Below are positions 57,747 through 64,000 of a DNA stretch of 64,000 nt, piece by piece (within the stretch, counting starts at the first letter, position 1; each line of letters starts with the position of its first letter). The notes below the pieces were generated by a model, which saw only the letters and a list, made by a program, of their open reading frames with translations, did no database searches and was not told where the DNA came from. Source of the DNA: Candidatus Micrarchaeota archaeon (lineage in GTDB: Archaea; Micrarchaeota; Micrarchaeia; Norongarragalinales; Norongarragalinaceae); the NCBI GenBank assembly GCA_013360305.1, contig JABWCK010000001.1:17209-81208 (forward strand). Direction: 5' to 3'. A program made the position numbers and the translations under genes.

Positions 57747-58370
57747 TTATTTTATTGAGTAATAGTATCTTTCTTCTGTTATTTTCAGTTTTTCTTCTTT
57801 GGCTAGTTGTTTTATTTCTTCTTCAAATTCTTTTCCAATTGGGACGCGCATACCGTTTCTTACTTTTGTTTTATATATTTTTAGTCCAATTTTTTTTTCA
57901 CGAGCTAATTCTAATGCATACTTTAACGCGTGTTTTTTCCAGTCCTTATACGTTTCGTGCAAATATGGGTCTAGCTTGATTTTACCGCTTAGTTTGTAGT
58001 GTGATTGTGCTTCCGCTACTTCAAGAAAACCATGTCTGACGTCTAATACCATTGTTCCTATTGCTCTGGGGTTTTCTTGAGCATGCCCTTCCATCATTGT
58101 TCCTTTTGAAGCGTTTTCAAATGCCTTGAAGTCTAAGGGGTGAGGAAAAGCAATAATTGTTGTTCTGGGAAATCCTTCTGCCTCTTGCATTGTGGGCAAA
58201 TAGTTCCTCACTAATACCATTCGTCCAGCTAATCCGTGTGGTGTTTTTTCTAGTATTTTTTTTGTTTTAATTCCGTCATATTTTATTATTTCTTCTGGAC
58301 TTTTCCATGCTAGTTGTGCTAATCTAAAAGTATAACGGTCGAATTGTCTTTCTGAATTCGGATTGGCCAT
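57747..58370 (-). CDS. Hypothetical protein
   Basis: 207-aa ORF convergent on tRNA-Arg. No recognised motif. Confidence 0.6.
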   Translation of the reverse strand: MANPNSERQFDRYTFRLAQLAWKSPEEIIKYDGIKTKKILEKTPHGLAGRMVLVRNYLPTMQEAEGFPRTTIIAFPHPLDFKAFENASKGTMMEGHAQENPRAIGTMVLDVRHGFLEVAEAQSHYKLSGKIKLDPYLHETYKDWKKHALKYALELAREKKIGLKIYKTKVRNGMRVPIGKEFEEEIKQLAKEEKLKITEERYYYSIK

Positions 58371-58431
58371 TTATTTTTCACGAGTTTCTTGTAAATATTT
58401 GTTTTTATTCTTGTTTTGTTTTATCTTTTCG

Positions 58432-58947
58432 ATGGAAAAGTTTGGTTTAAAGGATTCGTTTACTCTAGCTAATGCTGCTATGGGTGTAATGGCTATAGTT
58501 TTCTATTCTTTCGGTTACTTGGCGTCATTCTTGTTCTTACTAGCAGCTATGCTTTTCGACTTTTTGGACGGTTATCACGCGAGGTCTTCGAAGACGAGCA
58601 ACGCGTTTGGAAAACAATTAGATTCGCTGGCTGACGCGATTAGTTTCGTTACTGCTCCGGCTTTAGTAGTATTGTTTTCAGTTACTCGAGGGTTGTACGA
58701 CGTGTCTTTAGTTTTATTCGCTTTAGTGTCTGTATTAGTGTTCGTAATGGCTGGGTTGACTAGGCTAGCTAAATTCAACTTGCAAAAAGAGAAAGGTGTT
58801 TACTATGGCTTGCCAACGCCTTACGCTGCATTGTTTTTAATGGGTTTGATGCCTTTCTTGAATTATAATTTGTATGCTGTCAGTTTGGTTTCAGTAGTCT
58901 TAGCGGGTTTAATGCTTTCTCCTTTGAAGGCTAGGAAATTATTCTAG
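58432..58947 (+). CDS. pssA: CDP-alcohol phosphatidyltransferase (archaetidylserine synthase-like)
   Basis: DFLDG..AR......FGKQLDSLAD.ISF...PA, RLAKFN, GLPTP. Confidence 0.88.
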   Translation: MEKFGLKDSFTLANAAMGVMAIVFYSFGYLASFLFLLAAMLFDFLDGYHARSSKTSNAFGKQLDSLADAISFVTAPALVVLFSVTRGLYDVSLVLFALVSVLVFVMAGLTRLAKFNLQKEKGVYYGLPTPYAALFLMGLMPFLNYNLYAVSLVSVVLAGLMLSPLKARKLF

Positions 58948-59337
58948 TGCTTTTTCTAGTGCTTGTTTTTCTTCTTTGAAAAACAATTTTTGTAAAGCTT
59001 GTTTTGGCTCGAACCACTTGCAGCCAATAATTCCTTCACTTATCGCTTCGCTTGGCGTGGCGGGTTCTTGAGTGGTTTTCATTACGTAAGTAGTTATTTT
59101 TTGAGGCACGTTTCTTGAAACTTCGTAGTAAAAAACTTTTTTAGGTTCAATTATTTCAGTTATTCCTGTTTCTTCTTTTAATTCTCGTTTTAAGGTTTCT
59201 AAATCGTTTTCTCCTTCTTCAATTCCGCCTTTAGGCAAGCGCCAGTATTTTTTAGTTGAAAACAAGTCTTTTTTTTGAATCAATAAAACGCGTTCATTTT
59301 TGAATACTATTGCTTGAATTCGCTTGTTAGTCCTCAT
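58939..59337 (-). CDS. NUDIX hydrolase
   Basis: PKGGIEEGE......RELKEETG. Confidence 0.92.
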   Translation of the reverse strand: MRTNKRIQAIVFKNERVLLIQKKDLFSTKKYWRLPKGGIEEGENDLETLKRELKEETGITEIIEPKKVFYYEVSRNVPQKITTYVMKTTQEPATPSEAISEGIIGCKWFEPKQALQKLFFKEEKQALEKALE

Positions 59338-59987
59338 TTTACCAACTCTATAATATTGCCGCGGCCCTTCTTGTATTTCCTAACTAATCCTTTTTGGGAT
59401 AGTACTTCCAACTCCATGCTTACTCTAGCTTCAGAGAAAGAGACTTGTTTTCTCAAATCCGTTTGAGTAGTCGTTCCGCCAAGCTTTTTGATTTCAGAAA
59501 CTAGCGTTTCCTGCACGTCGTTCAAACTATTCGTTTCGGTTTTTGGTTTTTTATTGTATAAGAAGTATCCGATTAAGGTTATGGCGACTAGTATTATTCC
59601 TATTGCGAGCAAGTTGTTTTCAGGCAAGCTGAATGCGTTTTCTTCGTCTGGCGTTAACTCCACGTCCCCATCAAAAGGCGAAACGCTGGTGTCAATCGCG
59701 AATGATAAGAACAACAAGTCAATATTGAATTCCCCATTAGTGTTTACTTTAATTGCTTCGCTTTCAGTATTGACGTTGTTTTTAGTCATAGTAATCACGT
59801 ATGTTCCTTGACTAACTTCGAAAGAATAGTTTCCGTCTTTGGATACGAGTGTTTGTTGGGGCGTAGTATTGATTTCCAGTACTACGTTTTCTAACTTGTT
59901 TAAATTAGAGTCGTAAACGCTTCCGCTTATGATTGCGGCATTAATCATTGCAGAAGCAATTAAAATTAGGAGTAATTCTTTTTTCAC
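59334..59987 (-). CDS. Membrane-anchored regulator: signal peptide, carboxypeptidase-regulatory-like domain, TM, wHTH
   Basis: ISGSVYD..DG.YSF....G.Y, a TM helix, then TQTDLRK...SEARVS..L..L...GLV.K.KKGRGN. Confidence 0.8.
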   Translation of the reverse strand: MKKELLLILIASAMINAAIISGSVYDSNLNKLENVVLEINTTPQQTLVSKDGNYSFEVSQGTYVITMTKNNVNTESEAIKVNTNGEFNIDLLFLSFAIDTSVSPFDGDVELTPDEENAFSLPENNLLAIGIILVAITLIGYFLYNKKPKTETNSLNDVQETLVSEIKKLGGTTTQTDLRKQVSFSEARVSMELEVLSQKGLVRKYKKGRGNIIELVK

Positions 59988-60169
59988 TAGTAATACTTTT
60001 TTTGAACGCGTTATTAAAGCGATTGTTTTTTTGAGGCTTCCTGAAGCTTTGTTTGGTCTAAAACGCTTTTTTGAAGCTTTAAATAAAGCTTTTCTTAAAG
60101 AATGTTTTTAAAGAAAGTTTTTTTAGTTATGTTCTAAGTTTTTTTCTCAAAAAGAGGTGTTGAAATAAA

Positions 60170-61150
60170 ATGAAGTTGTTTTCAAGCATGGTTTTCGCAT
60201 TGTTTGCGATTGGAATGCTTTCTCCGTTTGTTTTAGCAGACGATTCTGCAAGTGTTGAAGCAAGCGTTACTGCTAAGGGTCGTTTGTTGGATGTATTAAA
60301 AGAAAGGCGTGATAACGCGGTTAAAATCTTAGAACAAAGAAAGCAAGAGTTACGTACTGCTATTGCAGTAAGAACTGGCGTTGATAATGTTAAGGAACGA
60401 GTTCGCGAGTGTGATGGCGACAAAGCGTGTTTAGCTAGAGTTAGGTTAGATGTTGTTGCTTTCATTGGAGCTCACTGGGATTCGTTCTCAAAAATATTGA
60501 TTTGGATGGAGAACCATGGTGTTCCTCAATCAGAAATTACTGCAATGAAAGAGTACTTGGCTGAAAAACGAGCTGAAATTGCTGCTGCCGAAACCAAAGA
60601 AGAAGTAAAAGCGATAATCAAGGAAGTAAACGACAAGTGGGGCGAGTATAGAACCAAGGTTTGGATGTATGTCTTGCAAGATAAGGAAGATGATGCGATT
60701 ACTAGGACTGAAATAGTTTTAGAATCAACCACTACTTTACGCGCGTCTCTAGTAAACCGTGGTTTTGATGTGACTGCTTTCGATCGCGCTGTAGCTAATG
60801 TTGAAGCCAAGTTGGATTTAGTAAAAGCAGATGATGCTGATGCACGAACTCAATGGAAGTACTTGATTGAGTTAAAGCATTCTTTAGTGGTGTTAAAGCG
60901 AGTAATTTTCAAAACGCTAAACAATCAAGAAATAACTAATGCAGACATCAAAATATTGTCTGAGGCTGAAATTCAATCGGAGTTGCCTGACCAGTTAGTA
61001 GTAGACTTGCCTTCTACTGATGCAAGCGTACAAGCTTCAGTTGAAGCTTCTGTTGCGGCTAGTGTCGCTGCTACTGCTTCGCCTACTGTTGAAGTAGAAG
61101 ATGAAAATGAAATCGAAGTAAGTATTTCAGCAAGTGTTGGAATCAACTAG
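60170..61150 (+). CDS. Secreted helical protein
   Basis: Signal peptide, coiled-coil-like body, ASV-repeat tail. Confidence 0.7.
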   Translation: MKLFSSMVFALFAIGMLSPFVLADDSASVEASVTAKGRLLDVLKERRDNAVKILEQRKQELRTAIAVRTGVDNVKERVRECDGDKACLARVRLDVVAFIGAHWDSFSKILIWMENHGVPQSEITAMKEYLAEKRAEIAAAETKEEVKAIIKEVNDKWGEYRTKVWMYVLQDKEDDAITRTEIVLESTTTLRASLVNRGFDVTAFDRAVANVEAKLDLVKADDADARTQWKYLIELKHSLVVLKRVIFKTLNNQEITNADIKILSEAEIQSELPDQLVVDLPSTDASVQASVEASVAASVAATASPTVEVEDENEIEVSISASVGIN

Positions 61151-61205
61151 TTTTCTTCCCTTTTTTTAAATATTGGATTCCTTGTTTCTTTGGAGGAGTG
61201 ATTGA

Positions 61206-61442
61206 ATGAAGTTATTTTTGTTATGTGCGTTGTTGGCGGGTTTTGTATTATTAGGATGCACTGCCCAGTCTAACACGAATGTTGAAGTTGGAGCAAGCGT
61301 GCAAGCGACCCCTCAAGCTACTATAGCTGATTCACAAATCAATTCACAAATTGATGCAGCAATTGAAGGCGCAGATGTTGGAGAAGAAGATTTGGGAAGC
61401 GAAGTAGTCGTTACTGACGACCAATTAAACGCCTACAACTAA
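61206..61442 (+). CDS. Small lipoprotein
   Basis: Lipobox LLGC, GGAGGAG RBS. Confidence 0.7.
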   Translation: MKLFLLCALLAGFVLLGCTAQSNTNVEVGASVQATPQATIADSQINSQIDAAIEGADVGEEDLGSEVVVTDDQLNAYN

Positions 61443-61457
61443 AACCCTTCTTTTTTT

Positions 61458-62672
61458 TTATTTTTGTAGTTTTACCGATTTTTCGAAGTTCATTGATATT
61501 GCGCCTTCAATGACTGATTCTTTGTTGGTTTTCAAGTACGGCCATAGTTTGCTTCTGGACAACAAGCGCGTTCGTTCTTCTAGTTCGCAATTATTGCCGA
61601 TTAATGCGTAATCGTCTATTCTGGCGTGTTTTCCAATGATCGAGTCGTGGTCTATTACTGCGTCGCGAATTTGAACGTCTTCTTTTATTATGCAGTTTTC
61701 GAAAACAATGCTGCCTGAAATCATGCTTTTCTTTCCTACTTTGCAGTTCTTCATTAAATGAGTATATGGTCCAATGATTGATTCTTCTTCAATCACGCAG
61801 CCTTCTTCTATGATTACTGGTCCTTTAATGATTGTTCCTGGTTTTACTTCTGCGCCTTCAGCAATGCTTATTCCTGCACCTGAAGTAATTCCTTTGTTTT
61901 TGCTGGTATTCTTGTCTCGAACGATTAAATTCATAGCTAGCTTGTTTGTTTCAATATATGTTTCGGCAGTTCCAATATCTCCCCACAAGCCTTGGAAAAC
62001 TACTCCTTGCAATGGTATTTTTTGAACGTAATGCTGCCACAAGTCTCCGGGCTTGTCTGGTTTTTCTCCTTTGGATTTTTTTTCTTTAACGTATTCCGGC
62101 AAGTGCTTGTTTACGAATTCTTGAGAAAAACGATAAATCAAGGTGGATGCCAAGTTGGATTTAGCTTCTTCTACTCGTGGTTTTTCTTGGAATGAAGTTA
62201 TTTTTCCTTTACTGTCGACGACTGCTATTCCGAATTGTTCGACTAAGTTTATGTTGTTTAGCGTGTACAAAGCAATGCTGGCGTGGTGGTCGTGCTTCAT
62301 TTTCTTCAAGTCAAGTCCGTAGACAAAATTGTCTCCTCCGAGGATTAAACATTCTTCTTTGACTTTCATTTTTTCAATAACGTAATTAATCGCTCCCAAC
62401 CCGCCTAGTTTGTTGGAGTCGCTAGTGGTTTCTTCGTAGCAGTATGCAATGTTTACTCCAAACTTGTTTCCGTTTCCGAAGAATGACTCGATGTTCTTCT
62501 GGTTCGTGTTTAGCCCAATGATTATTTCAGTAATTCCTGCTTGCTTCAGCATTTCGATTAAGTATTGAATTACTGGCTTGCCTGCTACTGGGAGCAGTGC
62601 TTTAGGCCTTAAAATGCTGATTGGGAATAATCTAGTAGCGTAACCGCCTGTCAACAAAATTGCTTTCTTCAT
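61458..62672 (-). CDS. NDP-sugar pyrophosphorylase (nucleotidyltransferase plus hexapeptide repeats)
   Basis: GGYATRL.P....PKALLP, EKP, DIG, left-handed beta-helix repeats. Confidence 0.92.
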   Translation of the reverse strand: MKKAILLTGGYATRLFPISILRPKALLPVAGKPVIQYLIEMLKQAGITEIIIGLNTNQKNIESFFGNGNKFGVNIAYCYEETTSDSNKLGGLGAINYVIEKMKVKEECLILGGDNFVYGLDLKKMKHDHHASIALYTLNNINLVEQFGIAVVDSKGKITSFQEKPRVEEAKSNLASTLIYRFSQEFVNKHLPEYVKEKKSKGEKPDKPGDLWQHYVQKIPLQGVVFQGLWGDIGTAETYIETNKLAMNLIVRDKNTSKNKGITSGAGISIAEGAEVKPGTIIKGPVIIEEGCVIEEESIIGPYTHLMKNCKVGKKSMISGSIVFENCIIKEDVQIRDAVIDHDSIIGKHARIDDYALIGNNCELEERTRLLSRSKLWPYLKTNKESVIEGAISMNFEKSVKLQK

Positions 62673-63628
62673 TTCATCACCATGTGTTTCAATATTGATT
62701 CGTCGTGTATTCCTTCAATAAAGCGAATCGTTTTGGAAGAACAACGCATTACTACTGAGTGAGTAATTATTTTTTGTCCTGTAAAACGAACTCCTTTCAA
62801 AACAGTTCCGTTAGTTACTCCTGTAGCAACAAAAGACGCTTCACTAGTTTTGCACAAGTCGTTCAATTCTAGCTTGTCGAATCTAGCGTTCATTTTTTCA
62901 GCTTTTTTTCTTTGAGCATCGTTAGCAAAAAACAATTTTCCTTGAATGTTTCCATTCAAGCACTTTAATGCAGTTGCAGTCAACACTGCTTCAGTAGTGG
63001 CACCAATTCCCATTAAAGCATCTACTTCGTAATCAGGCAAAGCTGCAGCAATCGCTTCCCAAGTATCGCAATTCATTATTAGTTTAGTCCTAGCGCCTGC
63101 TGCGCGTATTTTCTTGATTTTTTCCTTATTGCGTTCTCTATCGAGTAATGCAATGTTTAACTCGCTTTTTTTCTTTCCCAAGCAATCCGCAATGATTCGA
63201 ATGTTTTCTTCCACTTCGTTGTCTAAATCTATTTTTTTCCCTACTTCAGACCCGACTGCTATAGAGTCAATGTACCCGTCTGGAGCGTGCATGAATGCGT
63301 TTTTAGGACCTAAAGCAATCATGCTTGATGCGCCGTATCCTCCTTCGGCAGCTGGGTCAGTTCCGTCTAATGGGTCGACTGCTATTTCTAATTCTATTCC
63401 TTTTCCGGTGCCTATTTTTTCTCCAATAAACAACATTGGCGCTTCATCTTTTTCGCCCTCGCCGATTATTACTTTCCCGTTAAATTCGAGAGCATTCAAC
63501 CTGCTTCTTAATTGCTTTACTGCGACGTCATCTGCCTTGTGCTTATCGCCTCGGCCTACTTGCAGTGATGAAGCAATAGCTGCGCTTTCAGTAGCTCGAA
63601 CAAACTCGAGTGCTAGGTTTCTATCCAT
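62669..63628 (-). CDS. glpX: Fructose-1,6-bisphosphatase class II
   Basis: IGEGEKDEAPML, AVDPLDGT, ATGVT.G..L.GV. Start at MDRNLA. Confidence 0.93.
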   Translation of the reverse strand: MDRNLALEFVRATESAAIASSLQVGRGDKHKADDVAVKQLRSRLNALEFNGKVIIGEGEKDEAPMLFIGEKIGTGKGIELEIAVDPLDGTDPAAEGGYGASSMIALGPKNAFMHAPDGYIDSIAVGSEVGKKIDLDNEVEENIRIIADCLGKKKSELNIALLDRERNKEKIKKIRAAGARTKLIMNCDTWEAIAAALPDYEVDALMGIGATTEAVLTATALKCLNGNIQGKLFFANDAQRKKAEKMNARFDKLELNDLCKTSEASFVATGVTNGTVLKGVRFTGQKIITHSVVMRCSSKTIRFIEGIHDESILKHMVMK

Positions 63629-64000
63629 GTTTTTTGCTCCATTGTTTAACGAATTCCAAGTAATTACTGCAAACCAAGTCAACTGCTTGTTTTCTAGTCA
63701 TTTTTCCTTCATTGAATCCTTTAATAGCGTCCCAGAAAATCGTTCGACCAACCGCGAATCCGACAACGCCTTTTGTTTCAGCTCCAATCTCGACCCATTT
63801 TAATGCTGCTTCCTTGTTTTGGCCTCGTCCTAGAATAACGATTCCCTCGCATTTCTTTTGCTTAGTCTGCAAAACGAGTTTTTCCGCGTCTTTCTTAGAG
63901 TTAACTCCTTCAAGCTTCCAAACATCTGGTTCAATGCCTGATTTTTGAAGTTGTGAAATCGCTTCAACCATTAATTTTGGGCGAATTTTTTCATCGTAGT
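63621..64000 (-). CDS. DUF2090/class I aldolase-like protein (5'-truncated)
   Basis: GIEPDVWKLEG, ILGRG, GFAVGRTIFW. Confidence 0.8.
   Translation of the reverse strand, partial: YDEKIRPKLMVEAISQLQKSGIEPDVWKLEGVNSKKDAEKLVLQTKQKKCEGIVILGRGQNKEAALKWVEIGAETKGVVGFAVGRTIFWDAIKGFNEGKMTRKQAVDLVCSNYLEFVKQWSKKHG

Noticed and set aside
57701-57979. 92-aa ORF
   Set aside because: Overlaps tRNA-Arg and is antisense to 57747-58370.
63114-63803. 229-aa plus-strand ORF
   Set aside because: Antisense shadow of glpX.

Overview
Archaeal chromosome segment, most likely from a DPANN lineage (Micrarchaeota/Diapherotrites-like). This placement is inferred from RadA, TFE, aTrm56, a histone, NurA-HerA-Mre11-Rad50, DTD2, BHB-type tRNA introns and compact AT-rich genes. 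The main result is a complete eukaryote-like ubiquitin conjugation cluster at about 32.0-36.6 kb. It encodes a Ubl with GG plus a 2-residue tail, E1, E2, a wHTH plus C4HC3 RING E3 candidate and a JAB/MPN+ protease, with a CorA channel and a disordered protein ending in GG embedded among them. Other highlights: (1) a secreted polymorphic-toxin-like gene with a C-terminal PD-(D/E)xK nuclease, a putative immunity gene and a giant surface protein, which together seem to share a split gingipain (C25) fold; (2) a family of AT-rich palindromic repeats inside tRNA introns and at tRNA flanks; (3) two tRNAs with C instead of U at position 55; (4) an 11-bp phased repeat array upstream of an AAA+/wHTH gene; (5) a candidate structured ncRNA; (6) a suf operon with an intein-containing sufB under an HxlR-type regulator; (7) a free-standing LAGLIDADG gene overlapping tRNA-Cys. 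All calls come from reading motifs by eye, and no database searches were run.
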